Positions 9,053-19,424 of a DNA stretch of 64,000 nucleotides are shown piece after piece. How positions within the stretch are numbered: position 1 is the stretch's first letter; each line of letters begins with the position of its first letter. The position numbers and the translations under genes were made by a program. Source of the stretch: Escherichia phage vB_EcoM_Shinka; sequence record MZ502379.1. One strand, given 5' to 3'. Below the pieces are notes generated by a model. It searched no databases. It was not told where the DNA came from and worked only from the letters and a program-made list of their open reading frames with translations.

Positions 9053-10372
9053 TCACACATAAAACACATCATAACGACCACGGGTAACACCAACATAAAG
9101 AAGTTGTTGGGCCAATTCAGCATCTGCATAATGAATACAAGGCGTATAAATGAAAGCACGGTCTACAGACATACCCTGAGCTTTATGGAATGTTGATGCA
9201 GGAAGTGCTTTCACTTTACTAAACTGTGATTTAGCATCCCAAAAATCACTCCATGGAGCTTTTCCGCCTTTGTTCCAATTTTTATAAGTTTCTGCTGTTT
9301 TACCTAAAAATAGATTAAACTTATATAACTCTTCATCAGATGAAATTATTTTAATCTTTTCACGATAATATTCATCATCGCCGTAAGTTTCTACTGTTAA
9401 ATCCCAATGACGAATTAGATATTCCCCAGGAACACCACGAGCTTTAACAAACGTTGATGTATACTCAGCTTCTATAATACGAACTAATTGTCCGTTATTA
9501 AAAATAATTTCTGATACAGGCTTTCCATCAATTTTATATGTTTTAATTAACGGTTCTTGCATTACAATAATTTCACCGACAATAAAATCTTTATCAGTTT
9601 CAAAAATCTTTTTACGAATAATGCTATTTAACTTGTCAACAGATTTATTCGTAAATGCCATTACGCGATTTTCAAACAAATCATCTAGTGATTTGACGAT
9701 TGAAAAATAATTTACCATAAAATCGCGTAAAGCGGTATCACCAGTAAATCCACGTACTCCATGACCGTCAACAACTTTATCATAAATCCACTTACCGTTG
9801 CGAACATCAGTAGCTACATCAATAATAGGAGCATTACTGCGTTTAACTTCAGTAAGTTCACACTGATAAAAATCTTTGTGTGTAAAGAATGGACTGATAT
9901 AAGCAGTATTTTCTCCTGGATCAACAGGTCTAATTTGCTTATTATCACCTATTCCAATTATAGTACACCAAGGTGGAATAGTTGAAAGCAGAATTTTAAA
10001 TAGCTTTCTATCATACATTGACACTTCGTCGCAGATTAATACTCTGCATTTAGCTAAATCCGGTACTTCTTTTTGTTCAAAAAGAACGTTTTCTTCATAT
10101 GTTACTGGGTTAATTTTAAGAATGCTATGAATAGTACTTGCTTCTTTCCCTGATAGTTTTGAAAGAATCTTTTTAGCCGCATGAGTAGGAGCTGCTAAAA
10201 TAATACCAGTTTCACCCGTAGATATTAAAGCTTCAATGATGAACTTAGTAAGAGTAGTCTTACCGGTACCAGCAGGTCCATTAATAGTTACATGATGTTT
10301 CTTTTCTTTAATAGCCTTCATAACAATGTTAAAGGCATTTTTCTGGCCTTCGGTCAAATCATCAAATGTCAT
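9053..10372 (-). CDS. dda: Dda DNA helicase, SF1B (439 aa)
   Basis: Walker A GPAGTGKT; length 439 aa as in T4 Dda; canonical position. Confidence 0.95.
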   Translation of the reverse strand: MTFDDLTEGQKNAFNIVMKAIKEKKHHVTINGPAGTGKTTLTKFIIEALISTGETGIILAAPTHAAKKILSKLSGKEASTIHSILKINPVTYEENVLFEQKEVPDLAKCRVLICDEVSMYDRKLFKILLSTIPPWCTIIGIGDNKQIRPVDPGENTAYISPFFTHKDFYQCELTEVKRSNAPIIDVATDVRNGKWIYDKVVDGHGVRGFTGDTALRDFMVNYFSIVKSLDDLFENRVMAFTNKSVDKLNSIIRKKIFETDKDFIVGEIIVMQEPLIKTYKIDGKPVSEIIFNNGQLVRIIEAEYTSTFVKARGVPGEYLIRHWDLTVETYGDDEYYREKIKIISSDEELYKFNLFLGKTAETYKNWNKGGKAPWSDFWDAKSQFSKVKALPASTFHKAQGMSVDRAFIYTPCIHYADAELAQQLLYVGVTRGRYDVFYV

Positions 10373-10680
10373 CGTAAATTCCCTGCAATTGGTATACTAA
10401 CAATACGCCCAGTATCTAAAATTCGCTGATATAATCTTTGTGTGTCTACGTCAGGCTTAACATGTTTAACTTCTATTTTATTAAACCAAAACTTGCGTGG
10501 AGTCTCAACTAATCTTGGAATTCCCTTACCTAAAGCTAATCGATACTGCTCTTTAAGAGTAGTAAATACTTTATCAGCAATATTCCATTCAAAAAATACA
10601 GCAGGACGATGTTCATCAAGCGGAACTGGCGCCGTAAATCCGTCTTTGTCTCGGTAAACTATCACATATACATAAACCAT
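10369..10680 (-). CDS. dda.1: hypothetical protein (103 aa)
   Basis: ORF overlapping the dda start by 4 nt. Confidence 0.6.
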   Translation of the reverse strand: MVYVYVIVYRDKDGFTAPVPLDEHRPAVFFEWNIADKVFTTLKEQYRLALGKGIPRLVETPRKFWFNKIEVKHVKPDVDTQRLYQRILDTGRIVSIPIAGNLR

Positions 10681-10681
10681 A

Positions 10682-11428
10682 TTATCCTCGGATAAGTTTA
10701 AAAATTGAACAATTTAGCGGGTATCCTCTTTTCAGTTTAAGTTTATCAATAAAAGACAAGTTTTGATACCGCTCTACACCTTGAATAATTTTATCACACA
10801 TATCATATTGCATTTCTGCTTCTGACAACTTTTTCACAATTTTCCAATCCGAGCCTTTAAGAAGAACGTTCAATTTAACAACTTCAGCGCCTTCTGCTAT
10901 GCGAGAACCATCAATACGAGCTTTAAGTGCTATAATCCTTAGCTTAATGTCAGAGGTCTGTTTTGATTTAGAAAGCTGAGAAATGTGTTCAATTCGGTTT
11001 TCACGTTTTTTCTGTATAGCTTTAATTTGATTATAAGTCTTTTTGATTTTAGCCCATTTCTTTTCATCTAAATTTAGTTTATGAACTTTTTTCGCAGATG
11101 AACGACCAATTCGCAAAGCAAATAAATCACGCTTTTCAATCAACTCCTCTAAAGTATAATCAGAACGAAATGTATTATACTTTTTCTTTACTGCAATAAC
11201 ATTCCCTTTAATGTATCCAACGTTATTATCAAAACGTTCTAATGATAATTTCTCTCCTTCAATACGATTATCAAAAGGTTCTCCTGAGTAGGCACAAACT
11301 TTTTGATCTAAAATGTTCTTAATGTAATTGAAGTCTAAGTTAAAATCTTTAGAACGTCTTTTTGCAGATGCCTGAGTATGCTCTAAACGACGTTTAATTT
11401 TACGAATTTGATTATTAGACAGCTTCAT
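10682..11428 (-). CDS. srd: hypothetical protein at the srd position (248 aa); contains a C...ERxDNN segment
   Basis: Position between dda.1 and modA; size near T4 Srd; identity not verified. Confidence 0.5.
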   Translation of the reverse strand: MKLSNNQIRKIKRRLEHTQASAKRRSKDFNLDFNYIKNILDQKVCAYSGEPFDNRIEGEKLSLERFDNNVGYIKGNVIAVKKKYNTFRSDYTLEELIEKRDLFALRIGRSSAKKVHKLNLDEKKWAKIKKTYNQIKAIQKKRENRIEHISQLSKSKQTSDIKLRIIALKARIDGSRIAEGAEVVKLNVLLKGSDWKIVKKLSEAEMQYDMCDKIIQGVERYQNLSFIDKLKLKRGYPLNCSIFKLIRG

Positions 11429-11464
11429 ATTTTTCTCACATCTTACGGACGGTTAACTACTTAT

Positions 11465-11494
11465 ACTATAACATTTTTACCTTAACTTGTAAAC
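11465..11494 (-). promoter_or_regulatory. T4-type early promoter
   Basis: Minus strand GTTTAC-aagttaaggtaaaaatgt-TATAGT. Confidence 0.55.
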
Positions 11495-11551
11495 AACTTT
11501 ATGTAAAAATGCTTTAAAACTTTCATGGTATAATGAATCTAAGTCCTTCCA

Positions 11552-12154
11552 TTATAGATTAAATCCTTCAAAATCAAGAGTATAGATAGTGTATGTTGAA
11601 TACTTTTTGTACTCATATCTATCTGCAATTCTAAATACACTTCCAGCTGGTATCATTACTTCTTGTTCATCTGAAACTAATTCCATATTACGATAACGAT
11701 GGCTATCCGGAAACTTAAAGTTTGGATTGTATTCTTTACAACGTAGAGCTTTTATAGCATACTCCTGGAAATTGAATACCATAGGAGCTTTGAATTCAAA
11801 AATAACTTGTGTGTTATACTCTAAACCGGAAGCAAAATGTAGAGCTATATTTTTATCATATGAAGCTGATACGACTTTATCAAATGTAATAATATCAATT
11901 CCTTGATTTAATACTTGCTTAGTCTCAGCTGGAACACCTCTCCAAAGAGGTTTATCGTTTGGTTCCAAACGAGATTTGATTATTTCATTTAACCAAGTAT
12001 GGTCATCTGGTTTATTAGTAATACAATGAATTAAAAGTTCAATTTCAGATAAATTAAACCCTTCAGAAAGTAATTCTTCACGAATAGAAGCACGCCCCGA
12101 TGCATCCATTGATTTTATTTTAAAATCTTTTAGTTGCATTACTGAGTATTTCAT
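11552..12154 (-). CDS. modA: ADP-ribosyltransferase ModA (200 aa)
   Basis: Length and position match T4 ModA; paralogous to the following ORF. Confidence 0.8.
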   Translation of the reverse strand: MKYSVMQLKDFKIKSMDASGRASIREELLSEGFNLSEIELLIHCITNKPDDHTWLNEIIKSRLEPNDKPLWRGVPAETKQVLNQGIDIITFDKVVSASYDKNIALHFASGLEYNTQVIFEFKAPMVFNFQEYAIKALRCKEYNPNFKFPDSHRYRNMELVSDEQEVMIPAGSVFRIADRYEYKKYSTYTIYTLDFEGFNL

Positions 12155-12762
12155 TCAACTACCTCAATATCATAAACTTTAAATGTTCCAAATGAATCGT
12201 GTAATTTTTCTTTTGAAATAGAAGTTATTCTATACTTTCCAATTGGAATCATCCATTCTTGTTCACGCACAATCATCATTAAGTTATCAGTACGCTCTGA
12301 ATCTAGCCCATCAGTATCTTCATACGTGTACTTAAACTCAGTATTAGGAGAAGAAAGTATAATATCGCTGATATGGTCAGAATAATTAAAAGCTTTATCA
12401 GTTTTTAAGCGAAATATTATTTCAGTGAAATACTCAACATAAGAAAAACCACATGCTGTGTGCAAACTAGTAGTAAATGAATCTACCCTATTCGTTGAAA
12501 ACACTTCTCCAACTTGTAAATCTTTAATGAGTTCTTTTGTCGATTTTGATATACCACGATATAACTGATAAGGTGATTTAGTTAAATGCTTTTTAACGAT
12601 TTTATTCAACTGCCGATGAAGAGCTTCATTCTTTTTAGCTTCCATACATTGCCAAAGAATTGACTGCTCAAAGTCAGTAAATTTTTCACAGACTTTTTTA
12701 TACATATCATATTGAAAATCAACGCTTTCAGCTTTTATAGAATAACTGTTCAACATCTGCAA
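12151..12762 (-). CDS. modB: ADP-ribosyltransferase ModB (203 aa)
   Basis: Paralog directly upstream of modA with 4-nt overlap. Confidence 0.75.
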   Translation of the reverse strand: MQMLNSYSIKAESVDFQYDMYKKVCEKFTDFEQSILWQCMEAKKNEALHRQLNKIVKKHLTKSPYQLYRGISKSTKELIKDLQVGEVFSTNRVDSFTTSLHTACGFSYVEYFTEIIFRLKTDKAFNYSDHISDIILSSPNTEFKYTYEDTDGLDSERTDNLMMIVREQEWMIPIGKYRITSISKEKLHDSFGTFKVYDIEVVE

Positions 12763-12801
12763 GATTAATAATCATGATAGCCTCCGTATACTTCAGAAGC
12801 T

Positions 12802-12831
12802 ATCATATCATCGTTAGAAAGGAAAGTAAAC
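12802..12831 (-). promoter_or_regulatory. T4-type early promoter
   Basis: Minus strand GTTTAC-tttcctttctaacgatga-TATGAT. Confidence 0.55.
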
Positions 12832-12842
12832 AACTTTTTGAA

Positions 12843-13025
12843 TTATTTTGCCCAGGGAGCCCAAGGCGGAGGGTCAAGATGGTATGAAGCTAGTTCTTCT
12901 AGAAGAGCATCTGGGGCTTCAATTCCATAATTCTGTAATACTATACGGTACTCTTTCTTATAATCACTAGAATCATTCTGGTTATTCGTAGAATGATTAT
13001 CTTCTAACATCTCAAATAAATCCAT
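12843..13025 (-). CDS. small acidic hypothetical protein (60 aa)
   Basis: ORF in the srh/mrh region. Confidence 0.45.
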   Translation of the reverse strand: MDLFEMLEDNHSTNNQNDSSDYKKEYRIVLQNYGIEAPDALLEELASYHLDPPPWAPWAK

Positions 13026-13033
13026 ATTAATTC

Positions 13034-13504
13034 CTAGCGATAAAAACCAAATTGACGATTAGCTTCAATAATCTTTCTTTCTTCTTCGGACATTCTCCAA
13101 CGTAGTCCAACATCAAAATGAGCCCAGACCATCTTAACAAATGCATTTATATCTTTAATATCTTCAATAATGAATGTTTTACTTTTAGAAGGTTGACTCA
13201 CTAATTTAACTTTATCATCTTCAAACAGGTCAAAAAGACCATATTCATGAGCTCTTTTATAGCCTTTAATAGTTAAAGCTTCAGAAGAAGAAAACGGTGA
13301 ATCTGTATTCTGCAAAATATCTTCAGTATGCTTTATAATTAGAATAACATTTTCTGGATATTTTCTTTCTTTTATATCTTTAATTAAAAAATCCGGATTT
13401 TCTGCTAAAGGAATAATTAATGAGCATTTTTTACCAAGAGTATTTACTGATTTACCTTCTTTAGACATGAATTCTACTGAATAATGTTTTGCTACTTCAA
13501 TCAT
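13034..13504 (-). CDS. hypothetical protein (156 aa)
   Basis: ORF in the mrh region. Confidence 0.55.
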   Translation of the reverse strand: MIEVAKHYSVEFMSKEGKSVNTLGKKCSLIIPLAENPDFLIKDIKERKYPENVILIIKHTEDILQNTDSPFSSSEALTIKGYKRAHEYGLFDLFEDDKVKLVSQPSKSKTFIIEDIKDINAFVKMVWAHFDVGLRWRMSEEERKIIEANRQFGFYR

Positions 13505-13662
13505 GTGATTTCCTTTTGCCTACTAATGGGACCATCGGGAATTTTGTTTTCCTGGATATATTTCTCATTTTCTTCCATCATTTTACTGCCAATTTTAAGA
13601 AGCAAATCCAGTGCTTCATTTGCTTTTGCTTTAGCCTCTTCTAACGTTATATCTTTGTTCAT
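13501..13662 (-). CDS. small hypothetical protein (53 aa)
   Basis: Hand translation [53 protein letters not shown]; ATGA overlaps at both ends. Confidence 0.4.
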   Translation of the reverse strand: MNKDITLEEAKAKANEALDLLLKIGSKMMEENEKYIQENKIPDGPISRQKEIT

Positions 13663-13862
13663 GATTTATCACCATAGATGTCTCTCATCAATTTAAGCGC
13701 TGAGCGTTCTAATTTCTTTTCTTTCTCAGCACTAATCATTGATTTCATCCATTCTTCCGATTCGTTCTGCATTTCTTTATTTGCTTGTTCAACCCAACCA
13801 TCATCAATATACATTGAGTTTGGTCTATTGAACCATTCAAGAATCTTCTTGGGAGCTTTCAT
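13659..13862 (-). CDS. hypothetical protein (67 aa)
   Basis: ORF in the mrh region. Confidence 0.5.
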   Translation of the reverse strand: MKAPKKILEWFNRPNSMYIDDGWVEQANKEMQNESEEWMKSMISAEKEKKLERSALKLMRDIYGDKS

Positions 13863-14334
13863 TTATTTTACCTAAAACAATAGTAGGAGCATCGTCAAAT
13901 TTATGAATTTTTAGTAAATTTGGATTTAACTTATTCCATAAAGAGGTAATAAAATATGATAGCGCACTTTCGTCCGTAATTATAAATTTATTTCCTTTAT
14001 CTATTTTCCAATCATATATTGAATCATATGAATAGAAGGATAACGGTTTATTATTATAATATGCTTCACTAACATCAATATAGTTAGATTTAGTAAATGC
14101 TTGAATTGCCATAAATGGAGAATTTTGTACAGTTTCAATAATTCCGATCTTTTTAAGTTTTATTTCAACATCTTCTGGAATTGGCATTGAAATAAAATCT
14201 TCTACTAGATACATGTTATTGTCATATCTTTTATCAATCATTACTGCTACGGTAATTGGAACATCCTTGACAAACGCCATACTAATACTATTGATAAACA
14301 TTTCAAACAAAATTGCTTCCATAATTTTCCTCAA
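13837..14334 (-). CDS. hypothetical protein (165 aa)
   Basis: ORF in the mrh region. Confidence 0.55.
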   Translation of the reverse strand: MRKIMEAILFEMFINSISMAFVKDVPITVAVMIDKRYDNNMYLVEDFISMPIPEDVEIKLKKIGIIETVQNSPFMAIQAFTKSNYIDVSEAYYNNKPLSFYSYDSIYDWKIDKGNKFIITDESALSYFITSLWNKLNPNLLKIHKFDDAPTIVLGKINESSQEDS

Positions 14335-14672
14335 TCACAAGATGTAGATGAACAACTAGAATCACAAGAACTTCCACATGAATCACCTGCCCATACGTGA
14401 ACAGGAACATTTGTATCATATGAATCAGAACTAGACTGTGTTTTCTGTGCATTAGATGATGTAGTAGGTGTTGACCAGCGCCAAGGATTTTTATAATATT
14501 CTTGGGCTTCTTCATAAGTCATAGTAACTGCTTCTACTGTTCCATCTCCCATATAAACATACTCAACTACAGTTAAAGGAAGGTAGTCATTTGAAATAGG
14601 AACTACACCTTCTCCGGGAGTTGTAGAGAAAAAATCTGTAAAGAAACTTTTAAACCAATTAAAGATAAACAT
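14331..14672 (-). CDS. hypothetical protein with hydrophobic N-terminus and Cys/Ser-rich tail (113 aa)
   Basis: C-terminus [18 protein letters not shown]. Confidence 0.5.
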   Translation of the reverse strand: MFIFNWFKSFFTDFFSTTPGEGVVPISNDYLPLTVVEYVYMGDGTVEAVTMTYEEAQEYYKNPWRWSTPTTSSNAQKTQSSSDSYDTNVPVHVWAGDSCGSSCDSSCSSTSCD

Positions 14673-14878
14673 TACAAAAAGCCTTTCTTGAATTCGACTT
14701 GCTTCTCACCATAATCATATCGAATTTCTGCATTAAATTCGACAGAACCATCTGCGTACATCATAAATGAATGCACAACAACTTCTGTAGACCATGGTTG
14801 TAGTTCATATTTCTTCATTACGTGTCGTGAAATGATAATATCTAAATCTTCATTCGGTTTAATCCAACGATTTAACAT
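14672..14878 (-). CDS. hypothetical protein (68 aa)
   Basis: ORF with GAGGAG SD downstream of the early promoter at 14905-14934. Confidence 0.55.
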   Translation of the reverse strand: MLNRWIKPNEDLDIIISRHVMKKYELQPWSTEVVVHSFMMYADGSVEFNAEIRYDYGEKQVEFKKGFL

Positions 14879-14904
14879 AGCGCTCTCCTCTATAAGATAA
14901 TTCT

Positions 14905-14934
14905 ATTATACCATACTCATTTTGGAAAGTAAAC
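14905..14934 (-). promoter_or_regulatory. T4-type early promoter
   Basis: Minus strand GTTTAC-tttccaaaatgagtatgg-TATAAT. Confidence 0.7.
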
Positions 14935-14948
14935 CATTTAAATGAAAA

Positions 14949-14970
14949 AAGGACTCCCGAAGGAGTCCTT
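14949..14970 (-). terminator. rho-independent terminator downstream of soc (UUCG tetraloop)
   Basis: aaggactcc-cgaa-ggagtcctt, 9-bp stem, followed on the mRNA strand by a U-tract. Confidence 0.8.
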
Positions 14971-14976
14971 GAATTA

Positions 14977-15222
14977 TTAACCACCAGTTACTTTCCACAA
15001 ATCTTCGTTTGCAGCAATCCATTCAGTACGCTGATTTTCTTCATATACAGTAGTATATGCTGCTTTTTCTGAAGGGAACGTCTGGTAATGAGCACCAGAA
15101 ATTTTGTGAACGTCAGAATAAAGAGGGAAAGCTACTGAAATTTCCTTTCCTTCAATTTTCTTATTTCCATCTAATTTCTGCTCAAATGTTTTGATATTAA
15201 CATAACCGCGAGTACTAGCCAT
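14977..15222 (-). CDS. soc: small outer capsid protein Soc (81 aa)
   Basis: MASTRGYVNIKTFEQKLDGNKKIEG... matches T4 Soc. Confidence 0.95.
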   Translation of the reverse strand: MASTRGYVNIKTFEQKLDGNKKIEGKEISVAFPLYSDVHKISGAHYQTFPSEKAAYTTVYEENQRTEWIAANEDLWKVTGG

Positions 15223-15252
15223 GTAATTCTCCTTTTATTTAAATTACATGAT

Positions 15253-15260
15253 TATTTATA
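15253..15260 (-). promoter_or_regulatory. late promoter TATAAATA for soc
   Basis: Plus strand tatttata; about 25 nt upstream of the soc ATG with a GGAG SD between. Confidence 0.7.
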
Positions 15261-15290
15261 ATAAATTCTCGCGGCTTTTAAGACGAGCTG

Positions 15291-15809
15291 TTAATAACCT
15301 CGGTCTTGACGAGCGAAATTTTCAGCATTTTTCAGATAATAAAGTTTAAAGATTTCTTCAGCCGTAAGACCGAGGCCTTGGAACATGTTCAGAACGAAAT
15401 GAAGAATATCAATCATTTCGAATTTAATTTCCAACTGGTCTTGTGGAGACAAATCAGTAATCAGAGTTTCACGTCGTTCACCATGTTGAGCTTTCCAAGG
15501 CTTCCATACAGCAGATGCATCTTTTTCACCATTGCTCATACCACCAAGAGAAGTCAGAAGTTCGCGGAATTCATCATCAATATAATCTTTCTGATTACGC
15601 AGCCAATCAACAACTTCACCTGCAGTAGCCAAATCATCAGGATGACGGTTATATTCAGGTTTATCTTTAGCTAAACGAATCTGCAGAGATTTCTGCATGT
15701 CAAGCATTACCTGCAGCGGGTCTTTTTCATCACCGAGAATATCCCAATATTCATTTTGAGCTTTATCAGCGCCTTCGATCAGTTGACTACATTCGTTAAA
15801 GTAAGCCAT
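15291..15809 (-). CDS. 56: dCTPase/dCDPase, MazG-like (start at MAYFNE)
   Basis: Sequence consistent with T4 gp56; first 5 codons of the track ORF are likely spurious. Confidence 0.9.
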   Translation of the reverse strand: MAYFNECSQLIEGADKAQNEYWDILGDEKDPLQVMLDMQKSLQIRLAKDKPEYNRHPDDLATAGEVVDWLRNQKDYIDDEFRELLTSLGGMSNGEKDASAVWKPWKAQHGERRETLITDLSPQDQLEIKFEMIDILHFVLNMFQGLGLTAEEIFKLYYLKNAENFARQDRGY

Positions 15810-15843
15810 TATTTTTCCTTTCAATTCATCAATAAGTTAAATA

Positions 15844-15869
15844 ATTATATCATTTGAGTATGTAAGCAA

Positions 15870-15870
<1 letters not shown>
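15844..15870 (-). promoter_or_regulatory. candidate MotA-dependent middle promoter for gene 56
   Basis: Minus strand TTGCTTAC, 13 nt, TATAAT. Confidence 0.45.
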
Positions 15871-17209
<1,339 letters not shown>

Positions 17210-17234
17210 TATATCATCCTCAGCAATTTATTTT

Positions 17235-17264
17235 ATAATACCATAACAAGCTGAGAAAGTAAAC
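17235..17264 (-). promoter_or_regulatory. T4-type early promoter for the nuclease-like ORF and dam
   Basis: Minus strand GTTTAC-tttctcagcttgttatgg-TATTAT. Confidence 0.65.
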
Positions 17265-17308
17265 AAATTTATGAAATTTGTGATAAATATTAATTTAAAG
17301 GAGGACAT

Positions 17309-17365
17309 ATGGCACAAAAATTAATGGCACTTGTTAATGCCATAAAAGGTAATAAAAACGTATAG
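17309..17365 (+). CDS. plus-strand mini-ORF (18 aa) with strong SD
   Basis: AAGGAGG 6 nt upstream of ATG; MAQKLMALVNAIKGNKNV; may continue into the next ORF via a frameshift or sequencing error. Confidence 0.25.
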   Translation: MAQKLMALVNAIKGNKNV

Positions 17366-17382
17366 CTTTTACTATTTCTGCT

Positions 17383-17508
17383 ATGGTAGGAATTTTACTC
17401 TGGAACTTTATTTTATCACCAATTGCAATTGCGCATGGTGTTAATATTCCAGTAGTTACTCTTGATACATTCGTAGATCTAGCATTTGCTTTAGTTGGGT
17501 TAATTTAA
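17383..17508 (+). CDS. plus-strand small hydrophobic peptide (41 aa)
   Basis: MVGILLWNFILSPIAIAHGVNIPVVTLDTFVDLAFALVGLI; convergent with and abutting the gene 61 3' end. Confidence 0.3.
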   Translation: MVGILLWNFILSPIAIAHGVNIPVVTLDTFVDLAFALVGLI

Positions 17509-18533
17509 ATCTTGGCATATTTAGATAACCGCATTTTAGCCATTAACCCCTGGGCAATATTATTTTTCATATATTCCATAATTTGTTCAGGGGTTGCACC
17601 TTCCTTTCTAATCATATCATTAACATCTTTTGATTTCCAGGGAGATTTATCCCAAAACATAACCCTTTCTCCTGCATCAACTAATTTAGTCATTCGCTTG
17701 ATAGTGTCAGGGTGACGAGGCTCATTATCTAAAACCCACACTCGTCTATCTTTAAATGGAACAACTTCTAGGTCTAATTGACCACCCGTAATAGCTATAC
17801 CATTTTCAATAAAAAGTGAATCTATAGGTCCTTCTAGAACATATACATCACCATCTTTAACTCGTTCGACTCCATATATTTTTGTTGCCTCAGGATAAGC
17901 TTTGATGGTGATATATTTTTGAGGAGCATCTTTCTTTAATGCACGTCCTTGAAAAGACTCAGCTTTTCCATTAGCATTATAAATTGGAATAACAAGACGA
18001 GGCTCAGAAATTTCCTTTTTGTATGTTCCCGGTGCTATGCTATTAACTAATTTAGGCCATTCGGTTGTAAACCAAAGATATTTCCATTTATCCTTTGGAA
18101 TACAACGAGCTTTTACATATTTTATAATTGGATGGTCTTCCGCCAGTTTATCTAATCTAACACATGACGGAAGAGATTTAATTATTTTCTTCTCAGGATG
18201 TTTAGGAAGTTCTTTAGGTTTTTCTACTGGACGACTTTTACCTTTTTCTTTTCTTATTTCAAAGATATACTCACGATATAAATCAGGTTCAAACTCCTTT
18301 AAATATATTCCGATTGGCGCATGATAGTTACAGTTATAACAATGAATATTTCCTTCATTATTATCACCATAATACCATCCACGCGCTTTATTTTGGTCGG
18401 TTTTTGAATCTCCACAAACTGGGCATCTAAACCGTAATTTAAAAGTTGAACTATTATTTACTTGTGTGAATTTAGGTAAATGAGCTAATGCACGATATGC
18501 AAACTCATTATCAATCCAAGCTATTGATGACAT
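17505..18533 (-). CDS. 61: DNA primase, zinc-binding domain plus Toprim (342 aa)
   Basis: CPVCGD...CYNCNYH zinc ribbon, Toprim EGPIDSL; 342 aa as T4 gp61. Confidence 0.95.
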   Translation of the reverse strand: MSSIAWIDNEFAYRALAHLPKFTQVNNSSTFKLRFRCPVCGDSKTDQNKARGWYYGDNNEGNIHCYNCNYHAPIGIYLKEFEPDLYREYIFEIRKEKGKSRPVEKPKELPKHPEKKIIKSLPSCVRLDKLAEDHPIIKYVKARCIPKDKWKYLWFTTEWPKLVNSIAPGTYKKEISEPRLVIPIYNANGKAESFQGRALKKDAPQKYITIKAYPEATKIYGVERVKDGDVYVLEGPIDSLFIENGIAITGGQLDLEVVPFKDRRVWVLDNEPRHPDTIKRMTKLVDAGERVMFWDKSPWKSKDVNDMIRKEGATPEQIMEYMKNNIAQGLMAKMRLSKYAKI

Positions 18534-18700
18534 TCTTTACTCTTCTTTTTCTTTAGATTCCTCTTTTTTCTTTTAGGAATCTGTTCAGGACCTTTATTTA
18601 CTACAGCACCTGATGTTGTTCCAGTAGAGATATTTTCAGGATTACCACCTGAATCTCCAGCAACCATATCTTCTTTAATAAATTCTTTATATGTTTTCAT
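18521..18700 (-). CDS. small basic protein (59 aa), 61.1-like
   Basis: Hand translation MKTYKEFIKEDMVAGDSGGNPENISTGTTSG...KRKKRNLKKKKSKECHQ; overlaps the gene 61 start. Confidence 0.45.
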   Translation of the reverse strand: MKTYKEFIKEDMVAGDSGGNPENISTGTTSGAVVNKGPEQIPKRKKRNLKKKKSKECHQ

Positions 18701-18701
18701 A

Positions 18702-19058
18702 TTAACCTCTATTCATAAAAGCATTAAAAATTTGGTCATCAATAGATGGAATAGCAACCTTTTCGGCATCATTTAGCAAATCATTAATTTCATCAGATAG
18801 CATAACACATGTGCCTTTATTTCCTGTAATTGTTACTGCACAATTACGAACGTTTTCTTTATTAAATTTTAGGTTAATATTTTCGTAATGAAAATCCTTT
18901 AATGCTGAATATATTTTTAAAATAAAATTGTCTTTTACTACAATAAACCCAACCTCACTATTAAAACGTGGTTCATGGAAACTGTAATAAACCTTTTCAT
19001 CTATAAAATCGTATGAAATTTTTTCCATTTTTAAATATGAAAATTCAGAACTATACAT
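18702..19058 (-). CDS. hypothetical protein (118 aa)
   Basis: ORF in the 61-41 interval. Confidence 0.55.
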   Translation of the reverse strand: MYSSEFSYLKMEKISYDFIDEKVYYSFHEPRFNSEVGFIVVKDNFILKIYSALKDFHYENINLKFNKENVRNCAVTITGNKGTCVMLSDEINDLLNDAEKVAIPSIDDQIFNAFMNRG

Positions 19059-19070
19059 ACTAACCTCTAA

Positions 19071-19364
19071 TTACTCACCTACCACTTCAGCGATGATATT
19101 TTTATTATTAAAGTTTTTATCGCAATACAGAACATAATTATACTGCATTACACCACCAGATTTAAGTTGTTTTTGCACTTCAGCTTTCATTTCAGGACGA
19201 TCACGTTCAACGATATTCATAATATCCGCTTCAATTTGAATTTCAACTTCAGTCTGATCTGCAGTCATAGACCATTCGCACAAATCTTTGTCATAACCCG
19301 CCATAGCAGGCTGAGCAGCGCAAGAAGATAAAGCAAAAATTGCAGCAAAGATAAATTTTTTCAT
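19071..19364 (-). CDS. sp: spackle periplasmic protein (97 aa)
   Basis: Signal peptide MKKFIFAAIFALSSCAAQPAMA; 97 aa; position between 61 and 41 as for T4 sp (61.3). Confidence 0.7.
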   Translation of the reverse strand: MKKFIFAAIFALSSCAAQPAMAGYDKDLCEWSMTADQTEVEIQIEADIMNIVERDRPEMKAEVQKQLKSGGVMQYNYVLYCDKNFNNKNIIAEVVGE

Positions 19365-19424
19365 GATAATCTCCTCAGTAGTTTATGTTTATATAGTATC
19401 TCAATTTCCAATAAAAGTAAACAG

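Noticed and set aside
14303-14515. His-rich 70-aa ORF
   Set aside because: Alternative-frame overlap of the 113-aa ORF 14331-14672; composition looks like a frame artefact.
19390-19422. Early promoter upstream of the sp gene (GTTTAC at 19417-19422)
   Set aside because: The spacing to the nearest TATATA is 21 nt rather than 18; an alternative -10 (TACTAT) is weak, so it was not reported as a feature.
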